64,000 bases of DNA from Sedimentisphaerales bacterium (GCA_016936075.1 JAFGPS010000086.1:3822-67821), one strand, 5' to 3'. Shown: positions 10,401 to 18,511, numbered from the stretch's first letter. The notes: a model not told the origin generated them from the letters alone. Numbers and translations are program-made.

Positions 10401-10877
10401 CCAGCATTGTTGCACTGGGGTTCTGCCGTTTGATTTATCTCTGTCAACATTTGTTGTCGGTCCCTTTAATTCAACAACAGCATTAACACTTTTATGATAT
10501 TGGCTGAAAGATCCGAGAACTCCATCAGCCTGTGCTCCATTAATAGCGTATTTTTGTTCAGCTTCCCATCTGTCTTTATGCTCTGAAAAAAGAGCATAGC
10601 CAAGACAATCTCCAAAAATTTCCTTAAAATATTCACCTTCTAAATTCGATTCTTTTCGGGGTTTAATTTTCCCTGATTTTTCGATATCCGCCCATTTACA
10701 GATAATTTGATATGCTTTCTCAAATTTTCCATTTTCGAATATCTGTTTATTTATTGTTGATTTTTCTTCAAGTATCTTTGGAAGAAATAGAGTACGCTTG
10801 CGAAGATTATCGCCATAATGTGCGGAACTCATTTTACGAAATAGATTTTCGTTTTCAATCGCCACTTTGAACCTCAA
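7416..10877 (-). CDS. Single-polypeptide type IIG/IIL (MmeI/Eco57I-like) restriction-modification enzyme: N-terminal PD-(D/E)xK nuclease + gamma-class N6-adenine methyltransferase + target-recognition/C-terminal region
   Basis: 1153-aa ORF; the track start is TTG, and an in-frame ATG at 10832 is an alternative. The N-terminus has D...VVELK followed by RTPVQQCWDYL and IVCNFVSIRLY, as in MmeI-family nuclease domains. Methyltransferase motif I is VDPACGSGAFL and motif IV is IGNPPWDR. Confidence 0.8.
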   Translation of the reverse strand: MRFKVAIENENLFRKMSSAHYGDNLRKRTLFLPKILEEKSTINKQIFENGKFEKAYQIICKWADIEKSGKIKPRKESNLEGEYFKEIFGDCLGYALFSEHKDRWEAEQKYAINGAQADGVLGSFSQYHKSVNAVVELKGPTTNVDRDKSNGRTPVQQCWDYLNLLPECPWGIVCNFVSIRLYHRNFTPKAYELFTLQELSFKENFQKFYYIFQRDGILTSALKQIPRAIDLLEKSTSREKEVGENLYKDYHENRIKLIDHLITYHDKSLEKAIYIAQKLIDRVVFIAFCEDRGLLPPSSLKKAWEQIPPFSKIVNPRWQNFLELFHSIDKGNSNADISPYNGGLFRKDDEVDNLQLDDKETNFFKSLGDYDFGGEINVEVLGHLFERSVHDVERIKSGDFFGEDVKPDEQVKMSKSAERKRFGIYYTPTDFTDFITYKTINKLAVQRFDSLAKTMGISRDEAETAENNSMAREYWKKCFEILQDIKIVDPACGSGAFLIKAYDLFEDLYKEVLHHLSYQGENTETLRESIPGLILQKNIHGVDLSIEAVEITQLALWLRSAQKGKSLAILSENIVCGNSLIDDPNVHSDAFNWQKAFPNIFNRSNGGFDCVIGNPPWDRMKLQEREFFDGRDSRIATAVSAAKRRELISKLEKRNPELFKLYQNTQDQAEKNLNYVRTSGRYPLTGKGDINTYAVFAELAYSIVANDGLVGFLVPSGIATDNTTKDFFGTLINEKRLYGLFDFENKAPVFTDVHRSFKFSVILFGGQKQVSEDIEFVFFARSMSELNDKNRQISLSPDDIKILNPNTQTCPIFRTKRDSEIVKVVYKRVPVLVDKKRKKGGNPWGIKFFTMFHQTNDAELFHTEDEMKSKKYNKEGNIWKKGKKVFLPLYEAKMIQMYDHRAASVVINDENWMRQGQPSSASLVQHQNPEYTGTPRWWIDSVSVYNSLKENIKPGYIAFKDVTSPTNRRTMIASFIPLVGILNSAPLMFTGNDISLKKECCLLANINSFSYDFIARQKVGGLHLNYFIIEQTPVFSPDFYNSICPWNKKQTLEQWISERVLKLSCTSNDMIPLAEAAGFKQKVHKWKNDERRKLMAELDAAYFLFYNTERVDIIYILSTFSGISNQKESIFTDETSKLIIESYDSFVENMKSV

Positions 10878-10954
10878 AATAGGGTATTATATCAGTAAAT
10901 ATTATTAGATTATAATTGTTTTCGATTGATAGGCAAGCGTTATAGTATTTCTTT

Positions 10955-11914
10955 TTATCTACTACGGATTAGTTGGTGTTTTTCGTAGTGGACGTTGGGA
11001 AGGTTTGTTTTTAAATCTTCTATGAATCTCAGGCCGTCTTGCCAGTAGCCGGCGGTTGGTTTAAGACTCGAATCGAAGCTTATAAAATATTGATTCATAC
11101 TTGCAACTAAAAGTTCGCGGAGATATTTGCTTAACATAGAAGCTAACGCGACCGGCATGTATTTTCTATCGGCGCCTACGACAAAATGTAAACGCATAAA
11201 CTTTCCCCCCTGCTGCATTTCGTAACTGCTCAGTGTTTCAGTTTCTTTCAGAATTTTCATTTCCATGTCAGGAAACATTTTTTGCAGGCTCGGCCTGTAT
11301 CGCATTCGCCCACCCTGCCGGTCAACAATAATATGCAATCCCTGCTCGGCGTAATTGTCGTATGCGTTTTTAATAAGCTGAGAGATTTCAGTAAAAAGGA
11401 CGCTGGATTTATTCTTAACAATCTCGACCATTTTATTGTAATGCGCTACATCGAGGCAGCAGCTTCTTACATCAAGTAGTGACATTCCGTTCGAGTTCAA
11501 ATCGTTCGCAAATGCTCCGGCGGCAATATCTCTTTCAAGATTATCCTGAAGCAACTCGAAAGTGTGTATTTCTTTGTGCCATGGATATTCATTCAGCCGC
11601 TCCAGAGTGACCGGACATAATACTTCTATCAATTCAGTTAGTGTTCGCGGCTGCTTACCAAAACATTTCAATACGGCCAGTGAAGTTCGTTCGAGATGCT
11701 TTATACCGGTTGATTTGCTGTATGCTTTTTTACTATCGGTAATGAGCAGTCTGCCTAAAATATGTTTTTTTGTGTCACTGATGCTTTTTCGAAGAGTTTC
11801 CCACAGGTCGGATTTTAGTAATTCGCTTGGAAGTGAAAAACTGCATGACGATACAACAAGCGGGCCTAAAATAGGTCCGAAGCCTGCTTCGTCAATACCA
11901 ACTAAAACTGCCAT
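10955..11914 (-). CDS. Atypical RNase HII-like protein (RNase H2 fold with an internal insertion)
   Basis: RNase HII motifs appear in canonical order: GIDEAGFGP, TDSKK, LDVAHYN, IIVDRQGG and GADRKYMPVALASMLSKYLRE (compare E. coli KGDS..ISAASILAKVTRD). The protein is about 320 aa versus about 200 aa for the usual enzyme. The start is set at the ATG at 11914, which has AAAGGA upstream; the track start at 11956 is further upstream. Confidence 0.6.
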   Translation of the reverse strand: MAVLVGIDEAGFGPILGPLVVSSCSFSLPSELLKSDLWETLRKSISDTKKHILGRLLITDSKKAYSKSTGIKHLERTSLAVLKCFGKQPRTLTELIEVLCPVTLERLNEYPWHKEIHTFELLQDNLERDIAAGAFANDLNSNGMSLLDVRSCCLDVAHYNKMVEIVKNKSSVLFTEISQLIKNAYDNYAEQGLHIIVDRQGGRMRYRPSLQKMFPDMEMKILKETETLSSYEMQQGGKFMRLHFVVGADRKYMPVALASMLSKYLRELLVASMNQYFISFDSSLKPTAGYWQDGLRFIEDLKTNLPNVHYEKHQLIRSR

Positions 11915-12140
11915 CCCTGCAAATCCTTTCCATCCATAGAATGAAAAACACAACACTCAGAGTCCTATATTATCGCACTCTACACAAAATCTTAATGTAT
12001 TGTATTATAATGTTCTTCAGTCACAAGTCAATGAAGTGACTTAATATGGACTCAATATAAATACCTAATTTGACATGGAAAGCAAATTATTGTACAATAA
12101 AGGTTTATAACCATTTTGTTCATTGAATTTAAGGAAAAAC

Positions 12141-13547
12141 ATGGAAATAAAATTAAAATTTCTCGGAGCAGCCCAAAACGTTACGGGTTCATGTCATATG
12201 TTACAAGCCAACGGCACATCAATTCTCGTAGATTGCGGTTTTTTCCAGGAACGCCAGTTCAACGAAAGAAACTGGTCACCTTTTCCAGTTCCACCCGAAA
12301 ATATAAACTCGGTATTACTTACACATGCACATCTTGATCACTGCGGCCTTTTGCCAAGGCTGGTTAAGCAGGGATTCAAGGGCAAAATATATTGCACAGA
12401 AGCAACCGCAGAAATCGCGAAAATCATTCTGCTCGATTCGGCAAAATTGCAGATGGAAGATGCCGAATACAAAAAGAAACGTCACAAAAAAGAAGGACGA
12501 GAAGGTCCTCATCCGTACGAACCACTATATACCATAGAAGACGCCGAAGCATGTTTTCCCCTTTTCGAGTCAGTAAAATATAAACAGCATGTTAAAATCA
12601 ATCACTGTATGGACGCGATTTTCTGCGATGCAGGTCACGTACTCGGCTCATCGGTTATAAGAGTAAAAGTCAAACAGAACGGAGACAGTCGAACAGTCCT
12701 GTTTTCAGGTGACATAGGAAGACCCGACAGACCTATTCTGCATGATCCTGATTTGTTAAGCCAGGCGGATTATATTCTTATTGAGTCAACCTATGGTGAC
12801 AGAATTCACGGCGAAGCCGCTGATATTAAAGGTCTTGTCAAAGATGTGATTAACGATACAAAAAGAGCTGGTGGAAATATTATTGTACCAAGCTTCGCGT
12901 TGGAACGTTCCCAGGAAGTTCTCTACTATATCAACGAACTGCTTCAAGAAAATGCGATATCTCGTATTACTGTTTATTTAGATAGTCCGATGGCTTCAAA
13001 AATTACAAAGGTATTCAAAAAGCATAAAGAATTATATGACGAAGAAATGACGGAATACATTAAGAATCATGAATCACCTTTTGAATTCGAAGGATTGCAA
13101 ATGGCCGGGACAAGTGATGAGTCCAAAGCAATTAATCACGTCAGAGGCACGATAATGGTCATTGCCGGCTCAGGTATGTGCACTGGCGGCAGAATCAAAC
13201 ATCACCTTGTGAATAATATTGAAAAACCTGAAAATACGATAATGTTCGTCGGCTACCAGGCGATTGGCACTCTTGGACGAAGAATTGTTAACGGCGAGGA
13301 GGAAGTTCGAATTCTCGGCAATATGTACAAGGTTAGAGCAAAGATAGTTCGTATTCATGGTTTTTCTGCACATGCGGATAAAGAAGAACTGCTTCACTGG
13401 CTAAGCGGCTTGAAAAAAGCTCCAAGAAAACTATTTGTCGTACATGGCGAAGCCGAAAGCGCACAGCATTTTGCAGAATTCATAAAGGAGAAAACGAACT
13501 GGCCTGTTATGGTCCCGAACTATCAGGATGAAGTTATTCTCGATTAA
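12141..13547 (+). CDS. Metallo-beta-lactamase / beta-CASP family RNA-metabolising nuclease (bacterial CPSF73/RNase J-like)
   Basis: The MBL motif THAHLDHCG is present. The length and C-terminal region (GFSAHADKEEL, VHGE) are typical of beta-CASP enzymes. The ATG at 12141 is preceded by AAGGA. Confidence 0.8.
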   Translation: MEIKLKFLGAAQNVTGSCHMLQANGTSILVDCGFFQERQFNERNWSPFPVPPENINSVLLTHAHLDHCGLLPRLVKQGFKGKIYCTEATAEIAKIILLDSAKLQMEDAEYKKKRHKKEGREGPHPYEPLYTIEDAEACFPLFESVKYKQHVKINHCMDAIFCDAGHVLGSSVIRVKVKQNGDSRTVLFSGDIGRPDRPILHDPDLLSQADYILIESTYGDRIHGEAADIKGLVKDVINDTKRAGGNIIVPSFALERSQEVLYYINELLQENAISRITVYLDSPMASKITKVFKKHKELYDEEMTEYIKNHESPFEFEGLQMAGTSDESKAINHVRGTIMVIAGSGMCTGGRIKHHLVNNIEKPENTIMFVGYQAIGTLGRRIVNGEEEVRILGNMYKVRAKIVRIHGFSAHADKEELLHWLSGLKKAPRKLFVVHGEAESAQHFAEFIKEKTNWPVMVPNYQDEVILD

Positions 13548-13593
13548 GATTTGTCATCCTGTACGAATATAATTTAAGTTGTGACGGCCTGAG

Positions 13594-14541
13594 TTAACTG
13601 GCGACAAGTGCTTTTTTCTTCTTTCGCTCTGCAAGCCAGCTCAATAGGATTCCAAGCTCGTATAGTGCATAAATCGGTAACGCAAGAGTAATTTGTGAAA
13701 CTACATCAGGTGGTGTCACTATAGCCGCAATTACGAAAATTACGAGCAATACCATCTTTCTCGATTTGCATAGAGTCTGGATAGAAACCAAACCTGTTTT
13801 AGTTAAAATAAATATCGCAATAGGAGTTTGAAAAGCCGCGCCGAAAACAAGCATTAGCATTGTTATAAAAGATATATAATCGGTAAATGTAAAATTGGAA
13901 TTTACACCAAGTGCGGCTTTATTGAACTTAATAAAAAACTTAAGTGTCCATGGCGCTACAACTAATAGAAAGAACAACGAACCAGCAACAAATAAAATAG
14001 TCGAAAATGGCACAGCCGTCTGGACATATTTTCTCTCATGCTGATACAGCCCCGCCGCTATAAACATCCATAGTTGGTAAAATATCCATGGTGAAGATAG
14101 AATCAAACCCGAAATTAACGCAATCTTGATATAACTTGTTATACCATCCGCCGGAGCAAGTGACTGAAGGCGAGGAGCGAGAGCATTCTTATCCGAATTA
14201 GAATTAAGAATATTATTGTTCGGATCATTAACTAAAGCCGCAATAGCCTCGGATGAATATCTATTTAGATATTGCTGAAATATCGGTGAAATCGACTCAA
14301 AGTTCGGATCATCTGCTAATTTTTCGCTTATATCGCTGAAGATTGCCTGAATATGCTTTTTTACAGAATCAATATCTTCAGATTCTGAGTCTTTCGATGA
14401 ATATGCGTCAAAATATGGTTTTTCGATAAAACCAATTATATAGCCGCCGAAAAACAGGCTAATTACAGTTGCAACCACCAGGCCAGCAATAGCGAGCAAC
14501 ATTCTGACTCGCAACTCCTCAAGGTGGTCACCGAGGCTCAT
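13594..14541 (-). CDS. tatC: Twin-arginine translocase subunit TatC (with an enlarged first extracytoplasmic loop)
   Basis: The N-terminus MSLGDHLEELRVRML matches the TatC HLxELRxR signature. There are six hydrophobic segments. The protein is 315 aa versus about 250 aa typically. Confidence 0.85.
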   Translation of the reverse strand: MSLGDHLEELRVRMLLAIAGLVVATVISLFFGGYIIGFIEKPYFDAYSSKDSESEDIDSVKKHIQAIFSDISEKLADDPNFESISPIFQQYLNRYSSEAIAALVNDPNNNILNSNSDKNALAPRLQSLAPADGITSYIKIALISGLILSSPWIFYQLWMFIAAGLYQHERKYVQTAVPFSTILFVAGSLFFLLVVAPWTLKFFIKFNKAALGVNSNFTFTDYISFITMLMLVFGAAFQTPIAIFILTKTGLVSIQTLCKSRKMVLLVIFVIAAIVTPPDVVSQITLALPIYALYELGILLSWLAERKKKKALVAS

Positions 14542-14633
14542 TGTGCTTTCAAGAGGACTATATTCCTTCTTTTTTTTTTAATCATTCCGTTTTCTATCTG
14601 TAAATTTAATGACAAAGAAGCTAATTTGCAAAT

Positions 14634-14873
14634 TTAATGTTTATTTTCTTCATCCAAACCTGTGGCTTTGCGGGTTTCTTTAGCTACATCATCACCGACT
14701 TTCAAAACATCATTCACAAATTCGTCTTTAGTATCTTCGGCTTCGTGAATACCTTTTTTGAACTCAGTCATGCTTTTACCCAATCCACGAGCGATTTCAG
14801 GCAGACGTCTGCCAAATAAAAGAACTGCTATCACGAGGATAACAATAAGTTCAAAAGGACCAGGTGTCCACAT
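14634..14873 (-). CDS. tatA: Twin-arginine translocase subunit TatA/E
   Basis: MWTPGPFELIVILVIAVLLFGRRLPEIARGLGKSMTEFKKG is a canonical TatA TM helix plus amphipathic helix. The start is moved to the internal ATG at 14873. Confidence 0.85.
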   Translation of the reverse strand: MWTPGPFELIVILVIAVLLFGRRLPEIARGLGKSMTEFKKGIHEAEDTKDEFVNDVLKVGDDVAKETRKATGLDEENKH

Positions 14874-15105
14874 AGCCAGGTATTTTGTACATATATATTC
14901 AATCATGTTTATCTCCTATGTTTATTACTAATATTATAACTCAAAATGAGTTTTTTTGTCAATAATAATGATTTATCGTCACTTTCTGCGATTAAATCAA
15001 AATCTGTTTCAAAAACCTTGTTTAAAACATCAAAAATTTTAACGCCTAACGCTAACATAAACCCTTATATAACAATATATTATAAAATCACAAAGATGTT
15101 TTTTC

Positions 15106-15134
15106 TTGATTTTTAAATAGAAATCGGTTATTAT
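15106..15134 (+). promoter_or_regulatory. Sigma70-type promoter candidate for a small orphan transcription unit
   Basis: TTGATT (15106-15111), a 17-nt spacer, then TATTAT (15129-15134). Confidence 0.3.
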
Positions 15135-15177
15135 AACATCATCATTAATATATTGATATTTATTGTACGAGAAGATT

Positions 15178-15273
15178 ATGAAAAAGTTTTACTACGAAAT
15201 TTGGATTCCATTTACATTCAACAAACGACGTATTTTAATTTTAGCAATAGCCAGTTATATCGCTCTTTGTTAA
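15178..15273 (+). CDS. 31-codon small ORF (MKKFYYEIWIPFTFNKRRILILAIASYIALC); coding status uncertain, and it could instead be part of an sRNA or leader
   Basis: ATG-to-TAA ORF lying between a promoter-like element and a strong intrinsic terminator. No clear Shine-Dalgarno sequence is visible. Confidence 0.2.
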   Translation: MKKFYYEIWIPFTFNKRRILILAIASYIALC

Positions 15274-15303
15274 AATCTTATTTCATTGTTTAGCTCTTCC
15301 CCC

Positions 15304-15334
15304 GGCTGTTCCGAACCTTCGGACAGCCTTTTTT
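15304..15334 (+). terminator. Rho-independent terminator
   Basis: GGCTGT(T)CCG ...loop... CGGACAGCC forms a GC-rich stem (6 bp + 1-nt bulge + 3 bp) and is followed directly by TTTTTT. Confidence 0.6.
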
Positions 15335-15355
15335 ATGCACATTGAATTTTATTGT

Positions 15356-15384
15356 TTGACACTTCTGTTTAGGCCAATTACATT
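15356..15384 (+). promoter_or_regulatory. Sigma70-type promoter candidate for hldD
   Basis: TTGACA (15356-15361), a 17-nt spacer, then TACATT (15379-15384), about 80 nt upstream of the hldD ATG. Confidence 0.3.
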
Positions 15385-15464
15385 TATTAGTGCTGAATTC
15401 TCTGTTCTGAGTACTAATTCAAAACTCTGAACAAAAAAAGACACTTATAACTTAGGAGTATCTT

Positions 15465-16433
15465 ATGATAATAGTAACAGGTGGAGCAGGATTTATTGGC
15501 TCAGCGATAATAGCCGAATTGAACAAAAGAAAGATTTATGATATTATTGTGGTTGACCAGTTGGGCAGCGATAACAAATGGAAGAACCTGCGAAATTTAT
15601 CCTTTACAGATTACATAGAAAATGATGATTTTCTTGAATTGATTATACACGACCAGATTGAGGACTCTGTCGAAGCGATCTTTCATCTCGGCGCCTGCTC
15701 GGATACAACTGAAAACGATGCGTCATACCTCATAAAGAACAATTACGAATACACAAAAGTTCTCGCTTCATGGGCGGTTGATTCCGATGTTCGTTTTATA
15801 TACGCATCAAGTGCCGCTACCTACGGCGATGGAGAAAATGGATTCGTTGATAATGAAATGGAAATTGATAGCCTCAGGCCACTCAATATGTACGGCTACT
15901 CAAAACAGCTTTTCGATTTATGGGCCTACCAAAATGGTTTGCTCGAACAAATTGTGGGTTTGAAATACTTCAACGTTTTCGGCCCGAACGAATATCACAA
16001 AGCAAATATGCGAAGCTTCATCCTGAAATCCTTTGAGCAGATAAACGCAAGCGGAAAAGTGAGCCTTTTCAAATCTTATCATCCAGATTATAAGGATGGT
16101 GAACAACTTCGAGACTTTATTTACGTAAAAGACGCGGTTGATATGACACTGTTTTTCCTTGAAAATCCAGATATAAGCGGCCTTTTCAATATAGGTACTG
16201 CTGCGCCGCGTACATGGCTCGATTTAGTAAAATCTGTATTCGCCGCGATGGGAAGAAAGCCTGATATAGAATTTGTCGAAATGCCTGATTCAATAAAAAA
16301 TCAGTATCAATATTACACTTGCGCAGATATAACCAAAATCCGCGAAGCAGGTTATGACAAAGAAACTACTTCACTCGAAGACTCAATAAAAGACTACGTC
16401 CAAAACTACTTGAATACAAACGAATTCCTATAG
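15465..16433 (+). CDS. hldD: ADP-L-glycero-D-manno-heptose 6-epimerase
   Basis: The protein is colinear with E. coli HldD: MIIVTGGAGFIGS, FHLGACSDTTE, YASSAATYG, LNMYGYSK, YFNVFGPNEYHK and RDFIYVKD. An AGGAG Shine-Dalgarno sequence precedes the start. Confidence 0.9.
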   Translation: MIIVTGGAGFIGSAIIAELNKRKIYDIIVVDQLGSDNKWKNLRNLSFTDYIENDDFLELIIHDQIEDSVEAIFHLGACSDTTENDASYLIKNNYEYTKVLASWAVDSDVRFIYASSAATYGDGENGFVDNEMEIDSLRPLNMYGYSKQLFDLWAYQNGLLEQIVGLKYFNVFGPNEYHKANMRSFILKSFEQINASGKVSLFKSYHPDYKDGEQLRDFIYVKDAVDMTLFFLENPDISGLFNIGTAAPRTWLDLVKSVFAAMGRKPDIEFVEMPDSIKNQYQYYTCADITKIREAGYDKETTSLEDSIKDYVQNYLNTNEFL

Positions 16434-16598
16434 GATACAAAATACAATTTAAGATTTTATTCATAAAATAGCTATTGACTAATTAATATCTTTTTTAGCA
16501 TAAATACATCCTGATATTTATACTAAAAAGAATTCATAGAATTAAAGCTGGATATATTAGATTGATTATAACCTCAATTTGTTAATAGGAGAGATATT

Positions 16599-17105
16599 AT
16601 GAGGAACCTGTTTGTCCTGATTATCGTTTGTATGTTGTCTGGATGTGCTTATGTTGAAAACCGTGCCCGTGATGCAGCAGATATGGTTACAATTGCTGTA
16701 GAAGGCACCGTAGTAGGTGCTACTATTGGTGTAGCGCCCAGTGTACAATTATCCCCTTTCTATTATGGTTTAGGATATCATGATCTTGGAGGAGGAGGAT
16801 TTGGTCTCCGATCAGGAGCAATAGACCCATATGAATTTTCCCAGTATGCATTTTTGTTCTTTAATGTTAATAATTTTCTTCCATCAGAATTTGATTCTAA
16901 CCGCGGTAAGGGTTATAAAGATGATTCCGTTGAATGGTTCAACTATGGACAGATCGAAGCAGCAGTTGGGCTGGGTATTGGAGTACGTGCTGGTATTAAC
17001 TTCTTTGAAATAGCTGATTTTATAGTCGGTCTGGCAGGTCTTGATATATGTAACGATGATATCGCAGGAGTAAGTAACGACAATGCAATAAGTAAAAAAC
17101 GGTGA
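16599..17105 (+). CDS. Lipoprotein, Gly-rich domain only (truncated paralog of the 17250-18368 product)
   Basis: Lipobox MRNLFVLIIVCMLSGC. By eye it is about 70 percent identical to the N-terminal 165 aa of the downstream gene. The ORF stops at the duplication junction. Confidence 0.7.
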   Translation: MRNLFVLIIVCMLSGCAYVENRARDAADMVTIAVEGTVVGATIGVAPSVQLSPFYYGLGYHDLGGGGFGLRSGAIDPYEFSQYAFLFFNVNNFLPSEFDSNRGKGYKDDSVEWFNYGQIEAAVGLGIGVRAGINFFEIADFIVGLAGLDICNDDIAGVSNDNAISKKR

Positions 17106-17123
17106 CATCAAAGAAGATAGTTA

Positions 17124-17152
17124 TTGACCAATAAATATCTTTTTTATATAAA
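17124..17152 (+). promoter_or_regulatory. Sigma70-type promoter candidate inside duplication unit 2
   Basis: TTGACC (17124-17129), a 17-nt spacer, then TATAAA (17147-17152). The equivalent position in unit 1 (16475 onward) is degenerate. Confidence 0.3.
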
Positions 17153-17249
17153 TACTTCTTGATATTGATCTTAACCAAAGAATTCATAGAATTTTTAGCT
17201 GAATATATCAGATTGATCGTAACCTTAATATATGAATAGGAGAGATATT

Positions 17250-18368
17250 ATGAGGAACCTGTTTATCCTGATTATCGTTTGCATACTGTCTGGTTGTGCT
17301 TATGTTGAAAACCGTGCCCGTGATGCAGCAGATATGATTACAATTTCTGGCGAAGCCGTAGCAGTAGGTGCTACTATTGGTGTAGCAAACAGAGTACATT
17401 TATCCCCTTTTTATTTGGGTGGTGGATATGGATTTGGTCTCCGATCAGGAGCAATAGGTTTATATCAAAATAGCCAGATGGTATGTTTTTTTTTTCCTTT
17501 TGCTAACGATTTTAGTCCATCAAAATTTGATTCATACCGTGGCAAAGGTTATAGCTGGGATTTTATAGAATTCCAGCATTCTGGTGAATGGTTCAACCTT
17601 GGACAGATTGAAGCTGCAGTTGGGTTAGGTGTTGGAGTACGTGCTGGCATCAACATCTTTGAAATAGCTGATTTTTTTGTCGGATTTGCAGGTATAGATA
17701 TATGTAACGACGATATCGCAGGAGTTAATAACAATGTAATAATAAGCGAAACGGTTGCCAGTCAGTTAAATAAAAAAACTGACAAACTCTTGGATAGCGA
17801 TTATCAAAGGATTGCTGACTTGGATCTGTCCGGAAAATACATTTCAGATATAAAAATCCTGTCAAAATTTCAAAATCTTCGAAAACTCAATCTTAGCGGA
17901 ACTATGGCCAGTGATATAACACCTCTATCTAACCTTAAAAACCTGCGAGAACTCCATCTTAGTGCAGTTAAGATCAGAGATATAACACCTCTTTCCGGGC
18001 TAACAAATCTGCGAGAACTTCATCTTATTAATAATAAGATAAATGATATATCTCCTCTTTCAGGTTTAATAAATTTGGAAAAACTTGAACTTAGCTATAC
18101 TAATGTTATAGATATAAGTTCGTTAAAGAACCTTATAAACCTAAGAGTTCTTGACCTTCGGAGTACAAAGGTAAGCGACATAAAGCCACTCTCGAATCTT
18201 GAGAATCTGAGCTATCTAATAGTTGCTGATGCACCAATCAGTGATTTTAGCCCACTTGAGAATCTTAAAAAGTTTAGAATGTTGGAAATTAGTCGTAGAA
18301 AGTTCAGCAATGAACAGGTAGCAGAACTTAAAAAAGCCCTGCCGAATGTATCTATTCTCAGACACTAA
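17250..18368 (+). CDS. Lipoprotein with N-terminal Gly-rich domain and C-terminal internalin-like leucine-rich repeats
   Basis: Lipobox MRNLFILIIVCILSGC, with the ATG at 17250 preceded by AGGAGAG. Seven 22-residue LRRs follow the pattern LxLSxTxISDIxPLSxLxNLxx. Confidence 0.75.
   Translation: MRNLFILIIVCILSGCAYVENRARDAADMITISGEAVAVGATIGVANRVHLSPFYLGGGYGFGLRSGAIGLYQNSQMVCFFFPFANDFSPSKFDSYRGKGYSWDFIEFQHSGEWFNLGQIEAAVGLGVGVRAGINIFEIADFFVGFAGIDICNDDIAGVNNNVIISETVASQLNKKTDKLLDSDYQRIADLDLSGKYISDIKILSKFQNLRKLNLSGTMASDITPLSNLKNLRELHLSAVKIRDITPLSGLTNLRELHLINNKINDISPLSGLINLEKLELSYTNVIDISSLKNLINLRVLDLRSTKVSDIKPLSNLENLSYLIVADAPISDFSPLENLKKFRMLEISRRKFSNEQVAELKKALPNVSILRH
17820..18281 (+). repeat. Seven in-frame 66-nt (22-aa) leucine-rich repeat units (coding repeat)
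   Basis: The units read LDLSGKYISDIKILSKFQNLRK, LNLSGTMASDITPLSNLKNLRE, LHLSAVKIRDITPLSGLTNLRE and so on. Confidence 0.8.
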
Positions 18369-18433
18369 ATAATTAAAGATGCTTTCAACTATTAATATTG
18401 TGCAATAAAATTAGGACAGGCTGTGACATATAA

Positions 18434-18511
18434 ACAACTTCTTTCAAAGAAGCAATAAAAGACTACGTCCAAAATTATCTGCAAAAAGACGAATATCTGA
18501 AATATGAATAA
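18434..18511 (+). pseudogene. Orphan remnant of an hldD 3' end (last ~25 codons plus stop)
   Basis: It translates to TTSFKEAIKDYVQNYLQKDEYLKYE*. The intact hldD C-terminus at 16359-16433 is TTSLEDSIKDYVQNYLNTNEFL*. A stop codon lies immediately upstream of the fragment. Confidence 0.7.

Larger units (their letters stand above)
16471..17770. repeat. Diverged tandem duplication, 2 x ~650 bp (16471-17120 and 17121-17770), each unit holding promoter region + 5' UTR + lipoprotein N-domain
   Basis: Matching strings sit at a constant offset of 649-654 nt: tattgac, gaattcatagaat, aggagagatattatgaggaacctgttt and gatatatgtaacga.gatatcgcaggag. Confidence 0.8.

Noticed and set aside
17820-18281. Regular 66-nt periodic repeats that could be mistaken for a CRISPR-like or satellite array.
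   Set aside because: The repeats are in frame within one ORF and encode canonical 22-aa leucine-rich repeats. There is no repeat/spacer structure.
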